Source: Lama glama (lineage: Eukaryota). From it: 64,000 nt of DNA. Below are positions 26,761 through 40,200 of this stretch, in pieces (position 1 is the first letter of the stretch; each line of letters opens with the position of its first letter). The stretch lies in contig CM052833.1 in assembly GCA_028534125.1 (NCBI GenBank), positions 5,208,001-5,272,000 of the forward strand. The letters run 5' to 3'. Under the pieces are notes generated by a model. It was not told the origin of the DNA, did not search any database, and saw only the letters and a list, made by a program, of their open reading frames with translations. Both the position numbers and the translations under genes were made by a program.

Positions 26761-29479
26761 TGGACAGAACATTCTGAATTCTGTATATTCTGAGGGCAAA
26801 CAATCATACACCACTTAAAAAAAAGATTGCTGATATTGAAATGGGCTTCCCATGACCCGTTGGACTGTAACTTATGGGGAATCATACAAGTTTAAGCAGA
26901 CGAATGATTCAGTGAGATCAGATCTGTTCCAGACAGATAGATACAGCTTCAGTAAGTAAGATTTGGAAAAGAAATTAGAGACAAAATTAGTTGAAAGGTC
27001 AGAATTCTATAAAATATACTGAATGAAAAGTGGAAGAGCTAAATGTGAGCTATGTTTAGAAGACAGAATTTACTAACCTCCCCAGATAGGACGTGTTTAG
27101 GTTCATATAGATAAGTCCCCTCCAGACAGGAACGCTGTCCTCTCCTCTTTGTGTACCCAACGCATGGCACATTTGTGGGAGGTATCCAATAAATATTTAA
27201 CTGAGCTGGATACATTTCAGTCGAAATATCCATAGTACAGAGAGATAAACAATAGAAATAGATAAGATAAATCTGGAATTCAGGGCAAGGACCAAGGCTG
27301 GAGTCCTCATCCTGGGAGAACTGCCACTGAGGCGGGTGAGACTGAGGCTGCCAGAGGAGAGAAGAAAAGCGAGAATAAAAAAAGGAGTGGGGAGGCAGAA
27401 TTCTGAGATATCCCACCACTCAGAGGGAAACAGAGAAGGAGACTCTCCAGCCAGCAACAAAGAGCAACACTGATGGAGAGAGAATGAGGGGGATATCAAA
27501 GTTTAATTCCAAACATTTAAACTGAATTTCTAGGATATGACTTAGAAGAGACAAGACATTAGACTAAACAAAGAATTCAGGAGTGACAATGTCTGATTGT
27601 GAGGCTTTGAAGATACTACAACATGTATTTTAAAAGAAGGAGATTTTCTTATAAACACTTTAAAAATGAGAGTATCTGCTACGTGCGCCTGGTAGTGATG
27701 GGGAGAGAAGAAGGAGGGTCATCCAGAGGCCTGATGGTCCAGACAGTGACTCGGTTCTGCAGTCACGTCAACAAGGCTTCCATACACGCACAAATTACAT
27801 GTGTAGTCATTTCTTTATGACATAAAAAATATCATGTCTTCTCTACGAGTAAGCTGGAAAACAAGCCCAAAGATCCAATCTCCATTTCTAATTCCTTGAA
27901 ATTATTAAAATAGGTTTCAATACATGATAGTTAACAAAATCTTGGCAATGCCATTAGTCTTCTGAATAGGATAAAGAGTCCATCTCAATTCCTCCCTTGT
28001 TTTAAATCATAAATAATATATTCAGAAATCAACCATTGGGGGAAAAAGAAAATAAATCAACCATAGGATAAGTGAAGAATGGAACACTTGCCAAAAAAAT
28101 ATCAACTGAGAAATTATTTAAAAAATCATTATCCAGTTTTTCATGAACTAATGTATGCTAAAGATAAAAGCAAAATAAACCCATGGTAAATAAGTGCTTC
28201 ACAAAGTATATTATACATCTATATACTTAGACAAATATCTTATGCGTTCTAAGCTCGTCCATTAAGTATAAATTGCACTGCCTTGGAGAATTCCTCAGGT
28301 TCCAAAAGTTCCACCAAAGCTAAGGTCTTGGATGTCATTTAAGTTATATATTTCAGCTATTAAAGTCAATGTTCTGACAAGCCCTTTGGCTCTAACCCCA
28401 GGGCATGAATTTGCCTTAAAACTACAGAAGAATGTGTCAGAGGGCTATGTGTCAATCAACCAGGAGAAGTGCCTATTCCCAATTTAGTGTTGTCAGTTAC
28501 CGACATTAAAACCAGCAACAGTTAATTGTTACCACTTCAAGTGGGAATATTGAGGGAAGAGGAGAGGTAGGTGTCTAAGTTCAGGCAGATAAAGCTGTTA
28601 ATGGCTATCCTTTCATGTAGACTTGTTTAATAATGAAAACAATGTGACTAATCATATAATGTTTCTATTTGTTCCCCAAGGGCTCTTCAGGGAAAGTTTC
28701 AGTCAGGGCTAGATTTCCACAGCTACCAACTGTGCGGGGACAAAAGCGGAACAATCCAGGCACTCAGTGCTGGCAAACAGCTGAAAGCAGTTCTGTATAG
28801 ACGCTCCTCCTCCTCGCCCCATCAGGAAGGAGCCAGGATCTGCTAGTGATGACCTTGGTGGGAGGGGGGAGGGATTTTAAATTATGAAGGAACAACAACA
28901 ACAACCACCACGCGAACTTTTGTCGCTTAAAAAAAGAGTGAGAGAAAGAGAGACGTGAAAGGCAGGCAGTCTGAAAGGCAGGGAGTAAGTCTGAGGTAGA
29001 CTATCCTCCCCATGCCTCCAAGCAACCAACAGTTTAATTCACATCGGTTCAAATGCCTGTATTATTTTTAAAAAATCAGAAACACCACAGAATTACAGAC
29101 CGGGTGAAGATATGGGCACATCATTAAATCACACGGTAGGAGAATGAGTTACTGAGATAACCCTAGCTACCTACTGCTCTCAAGGGAGTATTTTTAGCAA
29201 ATGAGTGCTCTGCATACATTTTCTACAAATGTCATGTATAGTAGTTACTGATGTTTACTTTGCCTCATTTTGGCAAAGGCTATGGGACAGAACCAAGTTG
29301 TGTTATTTAAAATAAAATTTCTAACATCAATTTTGGTTTCAGACTCTGTTACCAAGTAATGGAAGCATTTAGAGACACCCCCAGACCACCAGTGTCCCCT
29401 CTTTATAAGGAATATTCATTTTGGGGGTGTGCATATGTTTCCACTACGCCCTACTCCACCAGCCCCATGGTACAATTCA

Positions 29480-29960
29480 CAAGGTCCAGCTGTCTTAAAA
29501 TGACTTTCAGCTCCCTCCTCAATCTGGTCACAATTTAATTTTCAACTTTACTGCAGTGTCAACTGACATGGCCATGTCTACCCGCAAGTCTTCTGATATT
29601 TCTAGAATGATCTGTCCGTTGTCACTGGAACCCATCCTCTCGCCTGACACTAAACCTTTGCGCGTTCACCTCTCTCTTAGAATGTTCTCCTCTCCTCACG
29701 TGTTTAACATTACCCATGTTTCAAGGACAAACTAAGTTTCCCCTAAACCATTAAGTCTTCTACAGTCACTGCACACCACATAGCTTCTCCTGTCTGTAAA
29801 TCTGTAAACTAGCATCTCTTGATCATTCATGTGATGCCCACAGATGGTGTCTGCTCACTCACCCTCCAGTTTCTCTTGTCTCTACTGAAACCTTGAGAAT
29901 ATACCTTTGTACTGTCCCCAGGATTTGAACCATATACAAGGTAGAAACCCTCAAAATATT
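29480..29960 (+). mobile_element. L2 fragment
   Basis: cctttgcgcgttcacctctctcttagaatgttctc ... ctcaaaatatt. Confidence 0.55.
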
Positions 29961-32900
29961 CATACTTTATATTTCCAATACATTTCAGTGAAGTGTTGAG
30001 ACATTAGTACACTTTAAATTTAATTACTTTATCAGCCAGCTTTTCTGTGGTGAAATTTTTTTATAGGTATAACTCTACAAGTCTAAAAGCTCATCTGCCA
30101 CCAAATAATTTTTTTAAAAAGAGAAAAACTTAGAATAGTTTTCTTAAAATTCTCTTTCATGTCAGCAGGAAATAAAAACTTAACAACCAATACACTAGGA
30201 TGAAGTTCACATTCCTCATTATTTTGAACACATTTTTGACTTAAAGCAGATTCTTTTTTCAAAAGAGGCATAGAGTTTGCTAAACTCTCTTCCATCTTTC
30301 AAACTGCAAAATGAAAATTTAGGTTTCATAACTGAAAGAAAGATGATGAGATATAGACAGAAAAAAGATGATGCTATGTGTGGCTCACAGAAAACAGCTG
30401 AATCAAACCAACCCGGGATGTAAGCTATTGGAAATAAAACAGCATTTACCAAATACATTAGCCAGACTCAGAAGCCAGTACGCACTGTGACAGTTACGCT
30501 CAGGTGCACTTTTGGGGCTTACCCCAAATCACAAGTCAAAATATTCTCAACTGTTATTAGGGCCTGGTCATAACCTAAAATCTGAGCAGCACTAGTGCTG
30601 TGAGAAAATGCCAAAAGCAGGACCAGTGCTCCTCCCCCTCCACCCCCATGTTCACCACTCCTGACAATTTTTACTTATTTCTAAAACACAAAGAAAAAAC
30701 GCAAGACAACTAGTAAATCAACAATTACGAACGGTTTTCTATTTTAACAGCTATCATTACCACTCAGCTTTATTTGACAGAAACTCTAACAGTTTATCTA
30801 GAATGTAATGCATTATGCAACAGAATCTTCACTGTGCAAGTCACACAGATTGCCTTTAATTAATAAACCCCCTACTTCATTTTTAATACAGTATGATTTA
30901 CAAAATTTCAATTTACTCAAAACCTTCAGTAACTTTGCTATGCCATAAATGGGTAAGTGCCTGTTTTCTCCCAACAATGAGGCAAATTTGCCATTAGATT
31001 TTTTTTCCAAAGGTCACCTTGAACTACCAAAAAAAAAAAAAATCCACTGATATTCATTATCTGTGAGAATGTATCTAAACTACAAGCAAATAAATCAGCC
31101 ATGTTACCAAGCACAAAGCTACTGAAGATTGTTAAGATTTATTTTCAGGTGCCAGTGAGACTAAACAAAGATTGTAAAGAATGAAACAAATAGAAGGAAA
31201 CTCAGAGAACAAATTAATACGCTGAATCATTATCTTAACAGCAGCACTCCCTATAGAACAAAGTGATGAAACTATCAAAAAGCACTTCTCAAAGCAAAAT
31301 TTGTGCATGCCAAAAAAAAAAAAAAAGAGAGAGAGAGAATTAACCTAGAATAAATATATAAATATCAGTATGTTCTGTGTTAAGTCAGTAACAAAGAAAC
31401 CCCTCAGTGCACTAAAACAAAGTCCTGTCAAATCCCCATTTTTTACAAAGAAGCATGAAGATCCTTTCACAATGGTTTAAACTGTATTTATAGTAACAGA
31501 GTGAAGACTTNNNNNNNNNNNNNNNNNNNNNNNNNNNNNNNNNNNNNNNNNNNNNNNNNNNNNNNNNNNNNNNNNNNNNNNNNNNNNNNNNNNNNNNNNN
31601 NNNNNNNNNNNNNNNNNNNNNNNNNNNNNNNNNNNNNNNNNNNNNNNNNNNNNNNNNNGAGCCGATAAAACAGATGAAAATGCATCTGGTTTGGGAGCAG
31701 ACTCCATATTAAATGGCACTGCGCTAAGTAACCACAACTGCAGAAGGCCGAGGGGGAGGGAGGGAGGCTGAAGGCTGAAATTTCTGCTATTGATGCAGGG
31801 CAGAAAGAAAAAAAGGGGTGGGGGGGGATGCCATTTTTCTATTTTTAAATGGCAGCCTGTTAATAATCACTGCATTCCTGAAAATACAGGGGAATTATGC
31901 CACCACTCCTCCTTTCCTTAGATAAACAAGCCCACCACATACAAACATGACACACTTCTATGAGAAAATTGGTAGAGCTGGATGGCTGCATCTCTCTCTA
32001 AAACAAAATCCCTGGAGTTGTCACTCAGAGTTTACAGATTTGGAGAGTGTGTACTTTTCTCACAAAGAAGGAAAGCAAAAATTCTGTTGTTGAATCGAAG
32101 TTCTTAGTTATTCTAGAGAGAATTGTTCTTCCATATACATTGTCTTAAAAATGAACACAAAGCTACATTTAAACATAAGCTTTTGGTCCCAGTTCAAAAA
32201 ATCTATTTTGCATTTCCTCTGTCCTAATATCCTCCCATTCAAGATAATCACATGCAAACAGACACAGTAGGAGATGTATATCCATATATATGGATATAGC
32301 GATATAAAAGTAGTATAAACTGTTTGAATTGGAAGGTTATTCTTAATCTGGACACTCTCTCTTTAGTTCATATACTGCAAGAACCACATACTGAGATGCA
32401 TATTTTCCATCCATCCTTAGTCTTTACTTTTAAAATCAGACAGCTGGTTTAACATTTGATGGAGTTTTTTTGTTAAAAATCCTTAACAACCACAGCAAAA
32501 TCAGCAGTGGTAGTGTAAAATACACAATAGTATTTATGTTACAGAAATGCTTTAAAAAAGAAAAGGCACTCCGTTTTCACTGAGTGTAAATTAATGCTAT
32601 CAATTATAAGAGTAAAAATGTTTTTCATGTAAGTTTAGAACCAGTATATAAGCATTCATGCAATCATAAAGAAAACATGAAAAATGGTCACTGCTACCCA
32701 AACAGAACTATTTCTCTTTTTTCACAAAAATAAGTTAAGAGTGATAAGTCACTACTACAAATGGCAAATTTCTGAAAAAGATATTTCCAGTAACAATTAC
32801 TTGCTATTTTATTCAGTATTTTATGTCAACTGTCACATTTTGAATACATACACATTTGTACAACTACCAGGGGAAAAATAACTTGAACCAAATTGAAAAA

Positions 32901-34830
32901 TTACCATAACTACTAGTTCAATATGTCTGGTTAAAATAGAGACATCTGGTCTACCATTAATTCCTTTGTGTTGATGACTCCTAGTTTGTCTTTTCCCACC
33001 GATGAACTTTGCAAGAGGAAAATGCAACTTTTAACACAAAACTAACTCAGATACCTATTTTAAGATTCAGCAATACACTCAGTGTTATAATCAGATCAAA
33101 TAAAGCACAGTGATTTCAAGGATAGCAACATACACTGATTGAATACAAGTGGTTAGCTTTAAATTCCATCAGACTGTTATTTATTAAATAATTCTCTGCA
33201 GGCAGATAGAGCTTATTCATGAACCATTATTTTAAAATATTTATAAATCAACTCACTGTTCACTTGTTTAAAATACATACACTGAAGCTCTCCAATAATA
33301 CTTGATTGCCACTCCAAGGAACCTGAATAATGCATTTCCAGAAACCTTGCACACCCCCACACAATTCTGAATTAATAGCTGAGCAAACAATAAGTAATGT
33401 ACTCTGCTCCAGCAAAGATTCAGTGATAACATCAATCTGGCATCTACTTAACACTTACTGCTTAGTTTTCACATATTCCTCACAAATAAGTTTCCTCTCC
33501 CAGACACAGTTCATTAGAGAATGACTATCACCTGACCATTCATCCACAGGAGCGTGAGTGATTTAGTGATTAACACAATCACAGATAAGAGGAGAAATCA
33601 TAACATACACTACTACAAATTAAAAGATGAAACAACGGGGCCTGGCCACTCCAGCTACCAATAACTAGATTGCAATTAAAAAGGACTTCTGTCACTTCTT
33701 TCCAGGGCAATAGGGCCAATTATCTAAAACCCTTTGCCAGAATCCAGAGACATACCAGCAAGGCCCTTCAACCAAACTCAGATAATTACTTTTGACAAAT
33801 GTTCTCCTTGAACATGATGTAGTTACTTAAAAGCTTAAAAAAAAATCATAGTTACAGTAAAACAATTTTCACAAAGTCAACCCAATAACATATCCTGAGG
33901 TCTTTTTCCCCCCCTGCTGCATGCAGTCTGCTTTCTTTTGGCCAATTTATAACAGACAGTAAGTTGGTGAATAAATATTTAATTTATGCAGCCGAAACCC
34001 TGAAAGGCTGAGCTTCAAATGTAATGCCTTGCATTCCCGTGAGACACACTGTACAGAAATATCCTTTAAAAAAACAACGTTTACAGCTGTCTTTTAAAAG
34101 AAGATGCTGAAGAAAAAAGAGAAAAATCCACACATACACATGCATCAAACCAAAGACGCCGACGCCCCTCTGCCAACCAGCATTTCTATAGAGACATTCT
34201 TTCGCTGATTAAAACGTAAGCTCCGAAAGGTTAAAGAAAAGGAAAAGCAGCCAAGTAACACCGCCCAGGAAGCCAGCAGTGAAACACACCTAGCTGTACA
34301 CTCTTATCCTCCCGCTACAAATGACACTGACCCAACTTCACCGAACACACACACTCCGACTCACACACTCACAAATTGCACACACGTGCACGGAATGTAC
34401 ACACAAACATCGAGCAGAGCACAATACCTACAAACTGCAACGAACTTGATCCACACAAAACACTGAACGTATCAGTGTGCATACATAATGCACACGACAC
34501 GGCACACAGACACGCAACGACCTAGCCCACATGCACACGCCCCACAAGTCCGGGTCGGACACACACCGTGCATGCACGTGGAAAATGTATGAACTCACAA
34601 ACGCCGAACATACACACAGACCGTGCACAGAGAGTTATTGATGAAATTCCGGGGGGTGGAGGGGCCGGGAGGGAGTGGTAATTGCCACACAAAGGTCTCC
34701 GGAGCAGCAGAGAGGAAAGTCGAGCGGGGCCGAGCGCTCGGAAATTCACCCGTAGAGGAGGCACAGCCAAGCCCCGAGAGCGAAGTACCGGGAGAAGTGT
34801 CCCGGGCGGTCCCGGGCGCGGCGGGCGCCG

Positions 34831-35627
34831 NNNNNNNNNNNNNNNNNNNNNNNNNNNNNNNNNNNNNNNNNNNNNNNNNNNNNNNNNNNNNNNNNNNNNN
34901 NNNNNNNNNNNNNNNNNNNNNNNNNNNNNNNNNNNNNNNNNNNNNNNNNNNNNNNNNNNNNNNNNNNNNNNNNNNNNNNNNNNNNNNNNNNNNNNNNNNN
35001 NNNNNNNNNNNNNNNNNNNNNNCGGGCCGGCGCGGAGCGAGCGGCNNNNNNNNNNNNNNNNNNNNNNNNNNNNNNNNNNNNNNNNNNNNNNNNNNNNNNN
35101 NNNNNNNNNNNNNNNNNNNNNNNNNNNNNNNNNNNNNNNNNNNNNNNNNNNNNNNNNNNNNNNNNNNNNNNNNNNNNNNNNNNNNNNNNNNNNNNNNNNN
35201 NNNNNNNNNNNNNNNNNNNNNNNNNNNNNNNNNNNNNNNNNNNNNNNNNNNNNNNNNNNNNNNNNNNNNNNNNNNNNNNNNNNNNNNNNNNNNNNNNNNN
35301 NNNNNNNNNNNNNNNNNNNNNNNNNNNNNNNNNNNNNNNNNNNNNNNNNNNNNNNNNNNNNNNNNNNNNNNNNNNNNNNNNNNNNNNNNNNNNNNNNNNN
35401 NNNNNNNNNNNNNNNNNNNNNNNNNNNNNNNNNNNNNNNNNNNNNNNNNNNNNNNNNNNCCGCNNNNNNNNNNNNNNNNNNNNNNNNNNNNNNNNNNNNN
35501 NNNNNNNNNNNNNNNNNNNNNNNNNNNNNNNNNNNNNNNNNNNNNNNNNNNNNNNNNNNNNNNNNNNNNNNNNNNNNNNNNNNNNNNNNNNNNNNNNNNN
35601 NNNNNNNNNNNNNNNNNNNNNNNNNNN
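34831..35627. other. Sequence gaps: N runs 34831-35022, 35046-35459, 35464-35627 (other gaps in the window: 3389-3548, 3595-3727, 6335-6506, 31511-31658)
   Basis: Directly visible. Confidence 0.99.
35046..35627 (-). other. ASXL3: Inferred position of ASXL3 exon 1 (5' UTR + MKDKRKKKDRTWAEAARL), hidden in N gaps
   Basis: Not readable. Inferred because the first 18 codons are not found in readable sequence and these gaps lie in the core of the CpG island. Confidence 0.65.
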
Positions 35628-35825
35628 GTCGCGCGCCCCCCACTCCAGCCACGCCCTGAAACCCTCGCGAGACCCCTCTCACTCCAACCCAGCCCCCAGA
35701 TCGGCGGGGTGCTGCCCGCTCTGTGCAGGCCGTGCCCTTCTGGCCCCCCGAGGGCCGACTACCGAGGATATGGTGGCCTTTGGAACTTGTGTACGAGTCC
35801 GCTCCGCAACTCGATGCTTCTGTCC

Positions 35826-35848
35826 TGTGCGCTCGCGCGCGCGCTCAC

Positions 35849-35879
<31 letters not shown>

Positions 35880-35880
35880 G
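35826..35880. repeat. (CG)n-(CA)n alternating purine-pyrimidine microsatellite
   Basis: gcgctcgcgcgcgcgctcacacacacacacacacacacaaacacacacac. Confidence 0.9.
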
Positions 35881-35953
35881 TCACACTCAGCCTCACTCAC
35901 TCACTCCGCACTACTCCCCTCTGCTGGACTCCTTTAACCCTTTTCTGCTGGGC

Positions 35954-35993
35954 TGGGAATCTCCCAAAGCCTTGGGAATCTCCCAAAGCCTTG
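35954..35993. repeat. Perfect 19-bp tandem duplication (tgggaatctcccaaagcct x2), each copy with a kB-consensus site
   Basis: Copies at 35954-35972 and 35973-35991. GGGAATCTCC fits GGGRNNYYCC. Confidence 0.9.
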
Positions 35994-36459
35994 TTGAAAG
36001 GGTGCAAAAAACCCAGCCTCTTCTGATACAGAACTAATACTGAAGGTGCAATTTGTCACAACGTTGAGCCATCTACATCATCTTAAACAATGCAAGACCA
36101 AAGCGCCGTGGCCGTGGATCATGCCATGACGTGCCTTAGCGCTAATTTTTTAAAATAAAGTCTTCATTCTATAGCATAAAACACGATGCATATGTAAACA
36201 ACTGCACAGCTAATACATGTGTCTTTTTAATAGTATTTGGAATTGCCAGGTTGGGATGCATGAAGAGTTGGATGTGTTAAGCCTTGAAAGTTTATTGTAA
36301 CCTTTACAACTTCTTAGATTGTTGGTGAATTGTTTAGGTCAATAAAGTTATTGTTAAGCAAAGAAAGAAATGGCTCTATGACCCACACATTTAATTATGT
36401 GTTTATTTATCTTGAGTATCTGAAAAACAACAGCAGCGCTCATACTGGATAATTTATGT

Positions 36460-36690
36460 AAGGTTACTTCCTGACTAATAGTTATGTAAACAGTACTGTG
36501 TTTTTTCATATACATTAGCTCATTTGATCCTCAAAACAATGCAAACATTTATTTTTCCCTCTATTGCACAAAAGAGGAAATGAAGCTTAAAAACATTACA
36601 TTGCATACAAGGTAACATGCTAAATCAGTTTTAGGAATCAAACACAAGTCTTTTGACCCTAATCCCATATTGTTTCCATTATTCTAAACT
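36460..36690 (-). mobile_element. MIR SINE
   Basis: ctcatttgatcctcaaaacaa ... gaggaaatgaagct. Confidence 0.6.
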
Positions 36691-37183
36691 GTAATGCTTG
36701 AAAATAAATACTCCTAACTCGAAATGAACATTTACATCTAATGAAAAGACATACGTCTAAAGATGAAAACGATTATAGTAAGGTGATTCCTTTGAGAACA
36801 GTGTCAGTTGACTGAAGTAATAAAAATGTTTGAAATTCAGCAGAGACAGTGCATAATCATAAAGAGCTGATTATGCTAATTCTTTAAAAATATTTACTTT
36901 ATTAATTCATTAGAATAAGAAAAAGCTATGCATCAGTTTTTTTTAAACATCAAAAGATTATCTCCACTTTTTCTTTCTTTCTTTTTTAAAATGGATTTAG
37001 TGAACACACTGAAGTTATCCCCAGGCAAAAAATTTGCCCATGCCATTTGCATAACTCTATCCAGGTGTATTGTAGTTTTACTGTACATTTCAAATACATT
37101 AAATTTGGATTACGTTCACATATGTATTCTCATTCCAATGTTTTCTCTTCTATTCAGAAACACCTAACTTTAGGTAATCAGAT

Positions 37184-37242
37184 ATACATATATATATATA
37201 TATATATACACACATACACATACATACATACATACATACATA
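37184..37242. repeat. (TA)n(CATA)n compound microsatellite
   Basis: Directly visible. Confidence 0.9.
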
Positions 37243-40200
37243 CGTAAACATATAATTTGTTATTTTCTGTGAAACAGTGCTTCAGAAATTTCAGAGCCAG
37301 CTAAAGGAAAACATACATATTCAGTTGCTTTGCAGTAAGTTATTATTCTTTAATAACCAATTCTGATTATTAAAGAAGAGAAGATGTATCATCCCATTTA
37401 AAGCAAGACGTAAATTGATTGTATATTGAAAAAAACTAAAACAAAAAAACAATTATTTATACAACTATCCTTTGACAGTGAGCCAAGTTTTATGGGCCGA
37501 CTCTTAAGATTCTACTTCTCCTTTTGGATATTTGAGTATAAACAGTCCATAGTAAGCAAGTCTGGTTAAAGATCTGGTCACTATTCTATGCCAAAATAAC
37601 ATACATTTCCTACAGCACCAGAACAGAGGTGGGCCACAATTTCACAGACACTATTGCTATTGTTATAGTCTTTTCTATAGTCTTTTCTACATCTCTACAT
37701 TCAACCATTCTTTTCCTTATGACTACTTCAATCTCTCAATAAATGTGGTGAGAAGAGAGAATATGTGAATCAATTATAGATCTTTTACAAATTTGCTAAA
37801 TTCCATGAATATCATTTTTAACAGAGGTAGAAAGTGATGAATGTCACAAGAAATGTACAAGTAAAATTTTGTGAAAATAAGAGAAGTAACTCTCCCGGGG
37901 AGATTAAAGATAGCTTTAAGAAAGAGATGTCCTTTGAAATGAGATTTGAAGGATGGGTAGGATTTGAACATTCAAATTTGTAGGAACGAAGAGAAGTTTT
38001 TCCAAATATAAGTGCAGTAAAAGGACAATTTAGAACTAGGAAAATATTCAAACAGATAGATGATATCTACCAAGCACTGCTAGCGTTCATTTAAATTTCA
38101 TATGAGAGCACATGTATTTTAAGAACCCTTCCTTTAAATGAGGGGTGTAGAATGATTCAAGGAACACAGGTTCCAGTTAGAACTGCCCTCTAAATTCTTC
38201 CTTTTCTGAAATCCCTATCCCAAATATATAGCAACAGGGAGAGCTCAACAATTCATTTGGCATATAACAGTACATTCTCTGCAGTCCCCTGTGTCCTTCA
38301 TTTCCATTCCTATTTTTAGGTTTAGAATTCAACAATTCAGCCTCCTGGTGGGCATGTCTCCATCAATTCCAGATCTTTTTATCTCCTGCAATGTTATTTT
38401 ATTTTATATTACAAGATATTTAACCATCAATAAGCATTCCATACAGATAAAACCCAAAAAGTCATAAATATCAGTTTGTGTAAAACAAAACAGAGGCGAC
38501 GCCGCACTGGAAAAGGGTTCACCTTCATATGAGACACCAATACTAAGAGAAGAGATACTTCAGAATCTGGGGACGAAGCTGTTGTGTCTTGATTGTTCTC
38601 TTAGGAAATACAACGTTTCACCATGGATACTAATCAAAATGTTGACTATGTATGGGAAAGTTTAGGTGTTTCAGGCAGGAATAAGGGACTGGAATTGCTT
38701 CCATTGGCATCCCACCGGCTCATTGCCTGTGGAAGTCTGGAATGAATGGAAATCTCTTCCACCCCTCCCCCACACATGCCCACCAGCAGGCACAACACTG
38801 AGCAGAAGGTGGGGTGGGGAAGGAGTAATAAAAGTTGAAGGGAGAGAATAGAGCAAGGCTTGCAGGGGAGATGGGAAAGGTCTTAGGCGGTCTTGAGGAC
38901 CATGCAACATTTACTTCTGACATATATGTTTTATGCATAAGCTGAGAATTTCTGCGTTCCACAAACGAGAACATTTAATAATCTTATTTTTCCTAAACAT
39001 CTTCTGTTAATGATCAACTAGTATCTAACTAATCTGTAAACTCCGTGAAGGTGGTTACCTCATCTTCTTTGTCCTCTGCCCAATTCGCTGAAATTTCCAG
39101 GACTAAGCAAATACTTGTCATAGTCAAAGCCACAATAAATATTTACTGAGTAAAGAATAAATTATTTGAAATTTAGTAAATTAATCCCTTTCATTGCAAA
39201 TACAACAGAAGTCCCGCCAATCAAGAGATATCTCCTTTTTTTCCTCAATAGCAAAATGCCACCCCACCACTACCCAGCATTTCACTGAGCAGTTCAGGAG
39301 TAAAACAAAGCAAAGTGAAATAAACCCAAATATCAGCATTATTAATTATGTATATAGTCAAAATGCTGATAAACATTAGCTGTACTCCAGGAACATACAG
39401 CAGTGCTTTAACAGTATTATCCAAGACCAATTTTATCTAAATTATAAACAGTCCTTCCACTATGAAATAAGTAGATTAACTGTGATTATTTTGTTTTCGA
39501 AATCTATAGCAGTCTAATATTTTAAGATTTTAATGTACTTCAGTTATAGAAATATATGTAGCTAAAAAGAAAAAAGCTTGAACATTTTCTTCAAAACTTT
39601 TCTGTAACTGATTTTTTTTGCATTGTCAATGCATATAGTTTTCCTCTTTTTAGTTAATTAGACTCATTTAAAATTCCCTGGTCAATCTGTAGCATTATTA
39701 CATTTCAGTGCACTAATTAAACAATAAAATTTTTCATCTTACATCTGGACTCTTTAGCAGCTAAAATGTTCTTAAATCTGAGAGGCAGAATAAAATGGCT
39801 AAAGCATTTTCATACTTTTCCTCTCTTTCATTCTCTTAAAATGCTCCCTTTTCTGCTTTATCTATCTACTTCCTTTGTGAAATAACAAACTCTCCTTCTG
39901 AGTAGAGCCCTTCATTCAAGAATTTACCTTTTCCCCCTTTAAACCCTTAATTAGGCATAGAGAACACAGTCTGATTTATGGCCTAGTGTTTAACAGGACT
40001 CACACTTAATCCATTACACAAAGAGGGATACACATATTCCCTAACAGCACTGCTCATTAGTTTATACAAAATGGAAAAAAAAAAAAAGAAACCACTTAGG
40101 AAATGTAAATAAAGTTTTGCTTGATACTATCTTCTTATGCATATGTAATGTGATCAGAATATCAACATTGCAGTCTAACAGTTTTTGCTTATTTTCAAAA

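Larger units (their letters stand above)
34520..35850. promoter_or_regulatory. CpG island / ASXL3 promoter
   Basis: Very high GC and CpG density on both sides of and between the gaps (cccgggcgcggcgggcgccg, gtcgcgcgcccc), against an AT-rich, CpG-depleted background. Contains a CTCGCGAG palindrome (35664-35671) and a GCGCTCGCGCGC NRF1-like motif (~35829-35840). Confidence 0.9.

Noticed and set aside
34522-36026. Long ORFs of 386, 467 and 325 aa
   Set aside because: Mostly X from N gaps within a GC-rich island where stops are rare; no protein signal.
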